Shown piece by piece: positions 1 through 13,400 of a stretch of DNA of 64,000 nucleotides. The stretch is from Balanoglossus misakiensis (taxonomy: Eukaryota > Animalia > Hemichordata). Position numbers and translations under genes: made by a program. Every line of letters begins with the position of its first letter. The first letter of the stretch is position 1. A model generated the notes under the pieces. That model worked only from the letters and a program-made list of their open reading frames with translations, was not told where the DNA came from and did no database searches. The stretch lies in NCBI GenBank assembly GCA_040954595.2, contig CM082583.2:8852254-8916253 (forward strand), written 5' to 3'.

Positions 1-1402
1 CTGGGCCATTTGCGAGCATAATAGGAATGACCATTACATGATACACTACACCCGAATTATTCGCCCGCGAAGTGCATCGTGTCGAGTATCGGTTCTCTCG
101 GTAATTATTTTTTTTCTTCTGAAAAGGTGGAATGCGTTCCGTTTGCATATGCGCCAAGTGTTAAGATAAGCCCTTAGGCGATGCGGCAGTTGGGAATTGG
201 GGGAGAAGTTTCTCCTCTCTTACAGTGACAGTCGGGTCGCTGTGGTCTTTGTGTGCGCAAACCCCGCTACTTTCAACTACATATGTGGTATAGTCATACC
301 AAAAAAAGTTCGCCAACTCCACCAGACTTCAATTCGGTCACAGACCTTCGCAAGAATAAGTGGGTCGTTCGCTCCACTTTGCACGTAATGGCTATCACCA
401 AACATTCTTCCTTCACGTACTCGCTGTGGTATAGGTTGCGTATATATACTGTGACGCACTTAAAATTGCGCCGACAAATGAAACATTGCTCGCTCTTTGA
501 TGTAACATTCACGTTCATCAGCATACATGTCTGCAGCGCTCTCAACCATCCCAGCCCTACAAATTTTACCTAAATATTGCAGAAACAGCCGACTTTAGAC
601 ACCAGCCGACAACTACATGTGTTTTCCGGTGAAAATACCCCTTTTGGCAATTTCGCACCTTTCCAATGGCATCGGGTTCGCTCAAATACACACTGCAGGT
701 CGCAAGGGGGCAATTTTGTACACACGAGCTTTCATGAGTAACTGAGCCCCCCGTGTCAGGCCGTTGGCGTGAAGCAACGCTTAGGTCGCTCAGCAGATTG
801 CAATTTCATGGGGGCATGACACCGATGAACTGTCTTCTTCACGGGCGCTCATGAATACAAGCATGTCGTCAATCAAATTCTTCATGTAAGCGTATATCGA
901 ATCTTATCGTCGCTACACCCCTGGCTGCCCACCAAAATCCTTGAACCGCCGTTGACACACATGCATTGCCAAGTAAACATGTCACATTTGATCGCTTTTA
1001 CTTGTTTGACCCAAATGTTTACTGAACGGAAGGAAAAGTCCATAAAGAGCAACGTCAAATATTTTTGGAACGGCTCTCCTTTTCACCGCGCAGCGAACAA
1101 TCAGAGGGGAAAGAATGGCCGACTGGTCGACAGTATTTTCCTTCGGCAGTTGGGTCCACTCACGACACTGAAAATTATCCGCATATACTTTCCCCCCGAA
1201 ATTTTCAACAAAATACATGGTGGAGTGTGTCTGCAGTAATTTGCGATTTGGTTTCAGCCCTAGTCACAACTGACAACCAACTAAGTAAAGCCTATGTCCA
1301 AGCTGCCCTATATACTGCACGTGTCTGTCGTTCAAATGTACACAAAACAATGTTACTGTTTTCACTCAGAAAAAGGGGGCAGAGAAATCAAGTTGTTCTC
1401 AC

Positions 1403-1422
1403 CTGAATGTCTTCGAAGTCAT
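1403..1422 (-). other. Candidate first coding micro-exon (MTSKTF..) of an unidentified gene continuing toward or beyond the window start
   Basis: gccATG context followed 20 nt later by a strong donor CAG|GTGAGA. A CpG-rich promoter-like stretch with a TATA-like ATTATAA lies at ~1640-1800. No downstream exon could be assigned. Confidence 0.3.
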
Positions 1423-2920
1423 GGCAGACGACAAAAAGTGACCAGTGAGAGTTGTGGCTGCAGTGCACCTGTGCTCTGTCGCGTTCCCCAACCTCGCTCT
1501 GCGCAAGTTCTGACTGGCTGCCTGGATTTCTCTGCAGTTGGACTTCCCTTTGCACTGCGGTTGAGCTAGCTGGTACTACAGCTTGGCACGGTGCTGCGGA
1601 GAAGGCCTGAGTAAATAATGGTGTGAACCACTGACAGCCTTGATATTATAATTCGGGCGCATCGAGCTTGGGCCGGGTTCTATTGACGACGCGTAGAGGG
1701 GAGAGTCCTGGCACGTCCGACCAACCGCCGCAATTCGCACCGAATTCCCTCGCGGTAATCTGAGATCTGCGGAGTTACTTGAAATTCAAACCGACACTTC
1801 TTCCAAACAGTGTCTGTTCGCAGCCATGCCTTGCGTATATACAAAAGCGCAAAGTAAGAACCACGGCAGCACTTGTGACAGTTAGCGATGAGTCGTGTGT
1901 GAACACACCACCAAGTCGGTGAGAGGTGCGTTGCATTTAGTTAACTGTTTCCAGTCCATATAAACCTCATGAGGGAGGGGTTAATAAGTTTACATAGTCT
2001 GTGGTTGACCACAGAAGGAAGGGTTCGGTTACCATAACCCGGATTGGCCGGCAAAAGTTGCCGCTGTTTTGTCAAAACGGGGCCATAATTATTCGATATC
2101 ACGGGACTTTTAATTAGGACCAGGAAGGGCAGGGTCGTGTTATTTTTGGAAGCCTCTGAGTTGGGCAATATAATTTTCAAGGGTCCAGTAGAAAGACAGA
2201 ACATTTTCGCAGCACATTTTGAGTCTTTTTCTTAAGGCAACTTTATTGAATACTGAGCATTCATTTTACTTGTGGTGATGACTTCATTAGCATAATTCGT
2301 GCTCCAGAATTTACCAATAATCCACCAAAATACGCAATATCATAGTATACACCTTGATTTCACGTCACTATATAGACATCTATAAGTAGCTGGTGAATAA
2401 GATTAGACAGGGTGGAAAACTATCCGTCTGGAAACATTTGGAATCGCTATTATTTATTTGAAAATGTTTTATGCTTTATTTTGTTCAATTGCAAAAATAG
2501 GCAAATAATGGGAAATATTGCTTAATCGTCTGAAAAAAATGTGTGTTATTCGAAAACGTCAAAGATTGGACACAGGAGAGCCTTAATGATACTCAATGCC
2601 CAATTCAAAATACAAAATTGTAAATTAGAAAATACGGTGCTGAAATATAAGTTGGAAAAAATAGTAATTACTTGTGACAATACTGTTTGAACTTTAACTT
2701 GAACTCTTTACCGTTTTCTCAATTTAATTCTACATCATGTTAATTATCGCTTGTGAAAATTCCATAGACAGCTACAACGTCAAGCGTGTATATGCTTCAG
2801 TGAAAAACAATATTTTTAACAGAAATACCGAGTAGCAAATGTCATTATTTGTGCTTTGTGTCAGACACATCAATGTGCCATGTGCGATTCCTTGCTCAGT
2901 GTTCAGTCGGCACGAACAGG

Positions 2921-3020
2921 TGTCACGTGAAGGTTAGCCCTGAAGATGCGCAGGTAGACAGTCACGTGACTCCGCCGACGGTGTCGCCTTGTTCTCAGCG
3001 TTTGAGAGTGACGTCACGTG
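2921..3020. promoter_or_regulatory. Cluster of palindromic E-box/CLEAR and CRE motifs
   Basis: TGTCACGTGA 2921-2930; AGTCACGTGACT 2960-2971 (12-bp palindrome); TGACGTCA 3009-3016 overlapping CACGTG 3015-3020. Confidence 0.45.
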
Positions 3021-3257
3021 GTGGTGAGCTACCCTGATCATAGACCCTAGAGAGAAGACAACTCGTAACGTTGGTGCATCCGTTGAAGCCAATTGCGGTC
3101 AGCTGACCCCCCATCCCCCGCTCCTCACCCAAACTAACGCAAAGTCTCGCGTTTATTACGAAAGGTTATAATTATGCAAATTCTCTCTAGGATCCATGCG
3201 CTGATCCTGAGTAAAACGGTGGTGTAATGTTGTTGTGCAGACCAGAGATTTCAATGG

Positions 3258-5254
3258 TCAGCGCCCAGAGATGTTTAGCGTAATGTAAAGTCCGTTGTTC
3301 CGGTCGTGACTGCTGATGACCACGGTCTGTTTTTCCTGGTCGATTAATAAAAACAAGTCTTCATTAAGGGGGCACATGGACCTCAAGGCGTAATACTCTT
3401 CATCCTCGTCGCTGTGATCCTGTTCGAAAGCGCAGCATGGATCCACCGGGTGTTCCGTATTCTGAAATCGAACGCATAAATGTCAAGATTTACGAGGAGT
3501 TTTAGCTTCTCACTGCTAACTGCACCAACTCAATCATAACTGTTAAGAAACGTTCAACCAACATTCTGTTATGATATTTTATGCACGAATAGTATATTCT
3601 TTCTCTGTAAATCCGGCTTCTGAAAGTGTTCTTTTTGAAAATTTCTGTTCAGGTGTTAGGTCATCAGCCTTACCTGAACAACAGGTATATACGTTGTATT
3701 GTCGTGGTGAAGCTGCACGCACAGTATATGATGTTCTGTTCTGTCCGTGTAATAAATTGTCGTTGTGTTCAACGAGTGTTCCATCACTGAAATTTAGAAA
3801 CAAGAGAATAGCAACGAAAGCTTGTCAGAAGAAGTGTATGTGCCCTCGTCTTCCAAACATTTAGTAACGGTTCCGTAATTAGACTGTAGATGCATTTTTC
3901 CGGCAACACAAGCATGCATGCATGCATGCGTGTGTGCGTGCCTACGTGTACGTATGTGTGTCTGATGTACGTACACACAGGCACACACACACACACACAG
4001 AGGACATACGGCTCATTGGTGCACGGTTGGCTTTGGTTAGGAAGTCAACCTCGGCATGAAGGTAAATTGTGAAAGAAGAAGGGGATCGTGCTGAAGATAA
4101 GCGAGGGCGCTGCTCGTTACGATTCTTGCTTCGTTGGCCTCTATTATCCCATGCAGAAATCTCTACAAAATACGTGAAGGACCCTCATACATCATCCATA
4201 CAGCATTGTCAGATTCACGGTGTAGGACCCACGATCATGAAAACGACATCCCATGTAATCAATAAATATTAAATCATGCATTAACTTGGGGTTCACCTAC
4301 AACACCTCTCGGTTCACTAGTCTATTAATACAGAACTAATTTTCAACAAATCTCATTTAGCTTGCCTTTGATACACTCTCTCCCCTAAGGGAACCATAAA
4401 ACAAATAGTAGTTCTGAAACAGGGGGGGGGGGGGGCCTTTTCCACTAACTTGGGATCTCTGACGCCATGTATGTCGATCGAGAGTAAATGTTTACCACAG
4501 ATGCGTGTGGTTCAGTCTCGCAATATGTTGCATTGCGATATCGTGAATTTTGAGTTTTGAATTCGATCGAATATTGCAGGAAGTGCCTACAAGCAATGCC
4601 TTTACGGAGCTACTCAATTTCAAAAACTACTTCTTTTGTCTTCAGAATATCTTAATGTGTTAGCACTTGATAATTGCAATGAGGATGCAATGGATTATTT
4701 CTTAACCTCCCAGTTTTATGATTCCAGAGAAAATGGGCGAATGTAGGTACATTTACGTGTATTTGCTCAGATCTGCCCTGGCCTGTCTCTCGGTTCCCAT
4801 GTCGCATTGCGATAAAGACAACGTCAGTTACTTCATATACAGGCGTACCCATTTGCAACATCAAAATATAATTATAGAGACTGTTTGAACTGCGGGTTTT
4901 TACGTTAACTTTCCTACTGTGCACAGACATCGTCTCTGCTCTAATGAATGTGCTCATCTTCGGAGAAAACCAGGTGGTTAATACCGTGGTATTTAGTAAT
5001 CACCAATCAATCAAAACTCACGTACATTCGTGTTGATCCAGCGACACGGTGACACCACTCTGGGAGACGTTGAGGAACAGCCCGTTTTTGTTGTAGAGGT
5101 GCACAGCTCGTTGGTCTCGCTTCTGTATCAGCGACGCCAGCAATCGCTTCTGCCTCCAAGTCCTCCAGTTCCTGTGGTGCCTGCGGCCGATGCAGCAGCC
5201 GTACAGGAACACGGTCGACAGGAGAGCCAAGTACGCCAAGTGAGTCAGGTTCAT
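3258..5254 (-). CDS. Divergent secreted fibroblast growth factor-like (beta-trefoil) protein, ~181 aa, 3 coding exons
   Basis: Exons 5254-5026, 3786-3674 (113 nt) and 3461-3258 join in frame with intron phases 1 and 0, the canonical FGF core layout. Signal peptide MNLTHLAYLALLSTVFLYGCCIG. HLYNKNGLFLNVSQSGVTVS resembles FGF beta1-3; HHILCVQ resembles YLCM; CCAFEQ..EYYALRS resembles CxFxE..Y..Y.S. Confidence 0.7.
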
Positions 5255-5356
5255 TCTCGCCAAAATGCAACAACGCCCAGCAAATCGTAGCTGAAAACTT
5301 ATATCGCGTTGAAAAGTCGGCACGTCACAGTTCGCGCGGTGCATTCCCGGCTCCTG

Positions 5357-5362
5357 TTTATA
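5357..5362 (-). promoter_or_regulatory. TATA box of the FGF-like gene
   Basis: TATAAA on the minus strand ~100 nt upstream of the ATG at 5254. Confidence 0.5.
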
Positions 5363-8300
5363 TGGGTTTCCGATGGTGGACGCCCCTGTTCAGCAACAAT
5401 AGGGAAGAGGGTGATGGATAGATCCATTCAATTTTGATAGATGACCATTTACCATAACTGTCTCCCACACTGACACTACACCCTGATGATGCTAATCAAA
5501 GTCGCGGACAGGTAGATATCGAAACTGTTCTCTTTTCTCTGTGACGTACGTAGGGGGTGGGGGTTGGAGTGATTGGACCATTTCGCCTTTCTTCCAGATT
5601 CAAGCCTTTCTATGACTATCCGCTAACTTGCCTGCCGATTCCTCGTTAATAGTGTGTCGGTTTTTGTGTTGTACGTTCAATTTAAATTTGTATCTAATAA
5701 ATTCATTTCTTGTTAGATATATACATCTGATCATTATTGACGTTAATTGGGGGCTTTAATTCCCACAGCAAATGCCCCGACCATGAAACAATAGACGCGG
5801 CTATCAATCATTTTCACCGCAAGATTATTTAGATGAAAACTGAAGAATCACAGAATGAGAATAAAGATAACAAATGCAAATATCTATTACAATTATGACG
5901 TCTTGTGGTTTAGGCGTAAGCAGTCCGGTTAATGTCTCAGGCTGGCATAGTAGCGTTGACCAATCGGCGATCACCATTGCGATACGTCATGAATATTTAA
6001 TCACCCAAGTTTATCACCATTTGTGCGAAACTTCTTCGGTGATTTCCGGTGACTTTAACCTCTACTTTCACTTATTAGACAGTTTGGCTGAGTAAACAAC
6101 ATCCACGTGGTCTGTCACTGATAAAAATGGCGACTAACATGAGCTGTAAGTGAATAAGACTGACGATTTATTTCAACTTTGCCTGTCGTGTATGACACCC
6201 AAAAATGAGATTTTACGAGAAGGGTTTTAGAGTCTGAGATTTAACGCGTAATATTCTCAATTGAAGTGCGACTTATCAGAATCCGTCTTGATTGTATGGC
6301 AAAGAGCATTTTCTGAGCTTTCCAACGAGGGGTCAAATTTTCAAATGGGTGAATGGTACGCGTCTTTTCCCGATGTCTATGCATAATGCATAGCAATTGT
6401 TTCAGTTGTCAAGGGTGGTACTCAACTGTTTTGTTTATTTGTAGTCGCCCTGCTTCGACACTTGCGGGAATTTCAGTTCTGAGGAACTCTGTCCCAGTCT
6501 AAGTTTTACTCGGAGTTTTATTTCTCTATATGGACTTACCAGACTCCCTTGGCTAAATTATCGTGTCTTGTAAAAAATCAAGCCCTGCGTACAGGCATGT
6601 GTTCGCGTACCGTTACACGGCCTGCACCGCACCCCGCACCCGCCCTGCAAAGGTCCATAGACAAAACCGATGCGTCTGCGGCCCGCAGCTTTTCGGCCGA
6701 AATTTGATTTTATCGAAGCAAAATCCTTTGCCTGTCTCGATCCTTCTACCTCCTAACTGACTCCAAATACGATGCGATTAACTTCTCCTACGCTACGCAG
6801 GGCTTGGGCCCAGGCCTGGGCTACTCAATACATGGCCATGAAACGATCCCGTAGCACCGTGACCTTTCACCAATAACCGGGCAAACTTTCGACAGAGTGC
6901 ATGGATTGCGTACTGTACATTGACTCGCAAGTCTTAAATAAAAACATGCATCTGCCGTTTACCTCAACGTATGGGACATAATATTCAATGCTAGTTTTCG
7001 TATGATGCACCTGCATACACCTGCAGTCCGTGTACAACTTAACAAGACAAACCACATTGCCTGAACGACATAAACCCGTCATGTTCTACTTGCCGAATTT
7101 TCTACTGATGAAATCTCTGGAGGATTCTTGAAATCCCTCTTACAGACATTAATGACAACGTTCGGAAATAAATGAGGGTTGAATGTAGCCTTGATATCAA
7201 CAACTGGGAACAAAGAATATACTTGTCTAATCAACACTTATGTGTTAAGCATAGCCTTGAATCTGGACAAGGAAATCTGGCAAATGAAATGAGGCTTTCG
7301 TACAGCTTAGTAAATCAGTTTGCAAAATAACTTGAAGTAGAAGGTGTTGTTTGACAAGTAGGCGAATGAGTAACTATAATTCAATATCCTAGACAGTGAA
7401 GATTCACTTCCTATACGTCTGATTATATTTTATAGTGACAGTAATGTCATCTTTAAAGCAAAATAGATGTGCCAAGTGAAAGTTTACAGTAACTTAAAGC
7501 GATTTTGTTAGTTATTTGTGTATCCGACACATTCGCATGGGACACTAAACCTGGATTAAGGTACATCGAATTGCGAATGCTCGGTCTGTCGCCATGGCGA
7601 TGCAATTCTGCCAAAATAGACCCGTCGTGCTGCTTGACCACCGGTGCGGTTTTTTTTGCAATTCTGTATCACATCGTGCAATTAATCGCGAGCGGCCGTA
7701 TTACTGTCGTCGAATTGCTGAGACATGCCTGTCGTGTCACGGGGCAGGTGGGCTTTCTCGGCGAAAACTCGATCGTGATCAGACAATTATTGTCCGAGGC
7801 TAAATTTGATAAGTGGGCTAGTATAACACAACGACCTATTGTCAACGTGCTGATATGCAGGCCATAAATGAAAACGGTCGGGGGATAAAAGAGCTGCTCG
7901 GGGGTCGAAGAGCTGTTCTCTGATGAGTCAGTGATTATTTTTATCGTGTAAAGGCACCAAGCATGTGATACAAACGTTGATTGCTATGTCACCTGATTGA
8001 TTGACTGTGTTTTCGCTCCTTGTGTACTTATATGCATTGTGGCTGGACAAAAGTGGCAACAATGCGTTGCAATGAGTCATGATTAAACGCTTCTCGCAGG
8101 GGGCAGTCACCGGGGGCCTTGGCATCGGTTACGCTGACAAGTGTCACAGTCAACGTTATACCTGTGGGTGAAATTGAGACGGACAGATCCATCACAATTG
8201 CCTCTTGAGGGGAAATTTCTGCAACATGCGCGAGGTTGTATTTTTTTTTTTTACATTGAACGATGAACGGCAAAAAGAATACCCTGGAAAGTGATGCAGA

Positions 8301-10412
8301 CATGTATAATAACAGTGGCACGGTGTACACCCCTGCGTCGATTTGAGACGAATGGGAACTGTTTCTTTTCGATGTCTTTACCACCTCCACGTCGATAGTG
8401 GCGTTTGTCTACGTGCAGATTTCTTCCCTGCTTCCAACGCATTCAAATATATCATACGGTTAATTTCGACAAGGTCGTCGTTTTACATCAAACCATTTTA
8501 TGGGTGGGGGTGGAAACGATTGTCTGGGAGTGCATCTTTAGATTGTCCGTCTTCAATTATCACGTGCTGCGTACAAGTAAGCTTAGTTTGATATTTCGCT
8601 TCAATTAAGTACTCAAAAAAGGAATACCCTACAAGCCAATATCTCAGTAATGCACCGAAAACTTCTTTACAATTACATAAATGTGTTTCCTTACGTAAAT
8701 ATCAAGGACAATCGCTAATGACGCCGTTGGAGACGATGTTTGTAATAATCCACTCATGGAGGTTACTTTGCTCTAAATATTGCTTAAATACTTTATCCCC
8801 GTCAGGACTAACTTATTGATACAATCATACAGTACTAACAGTACAGTGCAGTGCATTATTTAAATAATGAAAGATATATTTTAAAACCCTTTTGCGTTAT
8901 TTAATCTTTTTCTCTCATTTCACAATTAATTCCTGGAAGGAATGGTGTACACTAAAGAAGTATTAACCACGCCGTGTTTCCCATATTTTTTATTGTCCGT
9001 CATTTTTACTATTCGGGCAGTTCTGGCTATTCTTGATGAATAATATCTACTTTTAATATTCATGATACACGGATATTGAAGATATATTGAGAAAGGCATT
9101 TCTTTTATATTAAGTCACATGGTACTTTGGAACATTTCAATTACCCATTACTATTTTATATTTCATACATACGGAATGAAATGGTGGTCTATTGGGGGAG
9201 GGATGTCCTCCGATCCTTCGAATGGGATAGTCAAGATTGAGTACGGACGTGGGTAATACTGTTTGGCTAGAGTATTAGGGCTAGTTTACAACCACCAAAT
9301 CACATTCAAATAGTAACAGAAAATTAGACTGATACATGCAAAGCTAGAAGAGTTTATCGACTTTGACGCGAGGACGTGCATTCAAGATTGTAGCACGATT
9401 GCAGCCAAAATGCGTGGGTTGGTCATGATGTTGATCATGTATCTATTGCTACACTTTTAGATCGGTAGATTCGATTGTGATTAAAATCGTACGCCCAAAA
9501 TATCTAAGAAATATATTGTCCCCTGAATGTTGTTTTTCTATTAGTGTAAGTGTCCTTTCGTCACGAACTAGATTTGTTTCATTGTTTTTTTCATTAACAG
9601 TTTCCTGGTCTTAATTTTGTTAATTGTGATCAAACACACCAGTCATTCAGCTTTGTCTATTAGTTTAGCAAGGTACAATAGGAATGACCCTTTTATATGT
9701 TGCACACGTCTCTAAACCCATCTCTGACCATTGTGAAAATCCTTATAAATCTTTCAGCCCAAATGATACTCTGTAAATAATGTAGAAGCCCGGAAATCGT
9801 TCTGCGCCATAAATTTATCAAATCAATCCCGATTTAATAGTGACCTTGTGTTTTATTGTGTATTAATAAACGATGTATGATTTACAACTAAAATTAGCTT
9901 TCATCTACTAATTGGGGGCCGTCGCGAGACTTCCCACACACTTTGGCGTTATAGTGAAATTTACCTCTGGAAGCCGACCCTTCTCTCGACCATTTTCGTT
10001 AATTAGATTATTAAGCTTGTTCGTCACCTGTTGTCGCCGTGTATGACGTCCATGACATGTATTCCTTTACATGTCACTACGTTGAATTCACGATGGACCC
10101 TCCATGCTGCAAAACCAACCTTTCTGGCTAGCAACCCGTTGCTACGGTAATTAACAAATTCTCTCAAGATCTTGTGTAGTTTGATAGATTTTATTTCGTA
10201 AACCAGATGACAGACTCTGTCAAGCCATGCGAAGAAAATTAATACAATCATGCCATGTGGCGAAGCTGTCATAACAGCATGAACAGTGTAGGTTGCATGA
10301 TTAACGATCGAAATCAGGAAATTGTGTATTCATATCTTTGTTTTATAATTGCATTACTCGTATTACTAGTTCATGGAACATCCGAAGACAAACGTGGTCG
10401 CTATCTAGATTT

Positions 10413-13400
10413 TTATACTGTGTAAACCAGGGAGTTTATAGTATCTGCGGGAACGTTGGCCAGGCGTCCTGCGGTGGCGTCCAGCAACATTTGCTCTTTC
10501 ACTTTGGAAGGCGTAAAGGTCGGCGAATTTTGCAGAATGATGGCGGACACACCTGTGGAAAAGAAAGTTGAAAGTATGGTCAATGACGCGATGACTTTTA
10601 CAAGCAGAACCTCGCAAGACTCTTCTTGAAAAATCTTTCCAATAGTATTTATCAGCAAAGTCATCAAGTACAACTTATGCAAATGTAAGCGCGCGCGTAC
10701 ACACACACACATGCGCACATACATGTACATGTAAATTAACATGCGTTCGTGGCTACCGTTTTCCTTACCTGCAACATGTGCGGCTGAAGACGATGTTCCA
10801 GTGAGGGTACGATATGCGGAATCGCCGTCGAACCATGCACTTCTGATGATCTCACCAGGGGCAAAGATGTGAACGCATGGTCCTGTGTTAGAGGAGCCCA
10901 GAGCGGAGTCTTGTGTGTCTGAGGCGGCGACTGTTATCCCCTGTTACAATGAAATGGAGGTATGGTAAAATGTACAGCCCAAATTTGCGTGCTTCACTGA
11001 TATGAGGGAACTATTCGACCATGTAGAAAGAGGCTCTTTTTGTGCGGAGTAACTGGAAACTTTTGGCTATTCTGAGATCACTGATGAAGAGCGACATTAT
11101 GTGCGTAGTCCGAGTTAATGATTATCTGACTGGCAGCTTTCACCGCGGACATGGTGGTCGAAGAAGATGACAACCTCTCCCCAACACTGAGCGCCGGGTA
11201 TAAGCGACGTGGCAATGCCGAAGAAAACTGACAACAATAGACCATTTTCCGAATTTCACGAGACCTTGCGAGATCTCGTTCGGCTTGGCAGTTCATATAG
11301 GAAGACAATCTCATGTCGGACACAGGAAAAACAGGTCGCTTATCAGATAAGACTGTGCAATACAAGCGACTTAGGCCCAATATCTAATTTAATCACTTGA
11401 TTCATGTGATTTTTTATGACTAATTGTAATTATTCAGTCACTGTTATACAGACCTCTTCTATCCTGGATGGCGAGTAATCGCAGGCATTGGCAGACGATC
11501 CGCCCGCAGCAATAGCTGCTTGAAAACCGGCGGTAATTACTCCCCGAACGGCATTGTCGAGTGCGATGCTCGGTCCGCTTCCTACTGCCAATGATGCGAC
11601 ACCAGGCGCAACACCGTTAGTTGCCAAATAGTCCAGTCCTAAGTTTCGAAGCGATAAAAACGCGTTTACCAATACACATAGTCATCAGAAGACATAGACG
11701 TTCCCTTTTAACCATATATGGGAATATTCAAATTATTTAACCTCGCTTTGGATCTCAGTCACCGACACACGTGACCCATCGCTCTGACATTGCAAATGGC
11801 GACTCGACGAACAACTTACCGCCAACAATCTGAACGATGGTGCCAGAGCCGATGCAATTCAGAACACGGACGCTGTGCAACTGCACATTTCTGGCAACAC
11901 CTTGACCTATGCCGCCAACTACTCCCGCACCATGTGTGCCGTGCCCATTACAATCAGAACCCTAATATTGATAAAATAGATACGATCCCATAAATCTTTC
12001 ATAAAAACCTGCCGTTCCAGACTAACCAAGTATGCAAATAGTATCCTCCATGGCCGACCGAGAAAGGGGAGCACGTGACAAAAAGGTGGGGCAGACTTGT
12101 TATATAAGAGCTGTTTTATTCAAATTGTTTCCACGCTTTTCATGGAAACACTGATCGTCCTTTATTTAAGAGTTCGGAAAAGTCAGAAAAAAAAACTTTC
12201 AAAGTTGGCCTATAGTCATCGGTAAGTTTATCTAAATGGACCAATCAAAGTGTGAAATGGAAACCCGTGAAGATAATGCACAAAGTGGCAGATCATGGGG
12301 CTTTAACATTGGCTGCAATTGGCTAAAAAAGCTCACTCACATCACCAGATTCGAAGTCGTAGAAGGGCACCGCCCTGCCGCCAAACTCCGAGTGGGTGTA
12401 GCGAATGCCGGTGTCGACGATATATGCATTGACGCCAGTGCCATCACCTACAACGAATAAGGAAATGAAACTTTATACAGAGAGGTTATTTTCCCCGAAA
12501 ATATTTACTTATGAAGAGCGATTTTGTATGATTTACAAAATCTACGTGTGAGACAGTGGTCACGTGGTCAATCAGAGAAATCTTAATTTAAGGGAGAATA
12601 ATACAGAGTTGCATAACACACAATATCGCGTGGTCAGATATTGCGTTTATTTTACCAGGTGGGTTGAAAGCGTCGTCCAATGGCAAATCACGCTGATCAA
12701 TTCTGTCCAAGTTCCAAGGTGTTCGTATTTGGAGCGCTTGTGCAATACTGTCTTCTTCTACGTATGCAACCTCTTCCAAGGAACGGAGCTATGAGAGAGG
12801 AAAGACAACAGGAAAACGAGGAATCTATCAGTGAACATTACTCCCACGAGATATCCATCGTCTGATTTTCGAATGAATGTCTAGTGCTTAGGAAATACCC
12901 ATTTCTTTGCAATGCCATGATTGCGTTTTGGACATGTACTATAGCTGTCACACAAATGAGAGTAATTCCGGTTATTCAACCTACAGATTAAGATGTCGAC
13001 CCTGATGCGCTATCCTGCCAAACAAATCCTATCAAACTTTGCGAAAATTAAAACTTTCAAAGTCAATCGTGAGTTCGCTGGTTGCCCAACATATGTCAAA
13101 TTCTCCCTGTCAGTTTTAGTTAAAGCCTTATATGGGACGTGGTCGTGACGCAGACCGTAGACAATGTGCGCAGAATGACCGTCAAAGTTATGATATCGGC
13201 CTCGCAATTGGGGTTTGTTATCTCATGGGGAGTTATTTGTAACGATAACCTACATCGATCGCGTGCATTTGTGTCATTTACTGTTTCAATAATTGCCAAC
13301 TGTGACCCATATTGGTTGCGATGATGGCTAATTATTAATCATCAAAAAATTGCCTCAAAATTAAATCGACATCAACTTGACGATACTACTCACCAATGGA

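Noticed and set aside
3579-3803. ORF-track frame (DGTLVEHNDN..) as FGF-like exon 2
   Set aside because: The other frame (MEHSLNTTT..HHILCVQ) fits the splice phases and FGF motifs. This frame leads to a premature stop in exon 3.
6180-6420. Sequence resembling a DNA-transposon remnant
   Set aside because: No TIR, TSD or second copy was found in the window, so it is not supportable without a repeat library.
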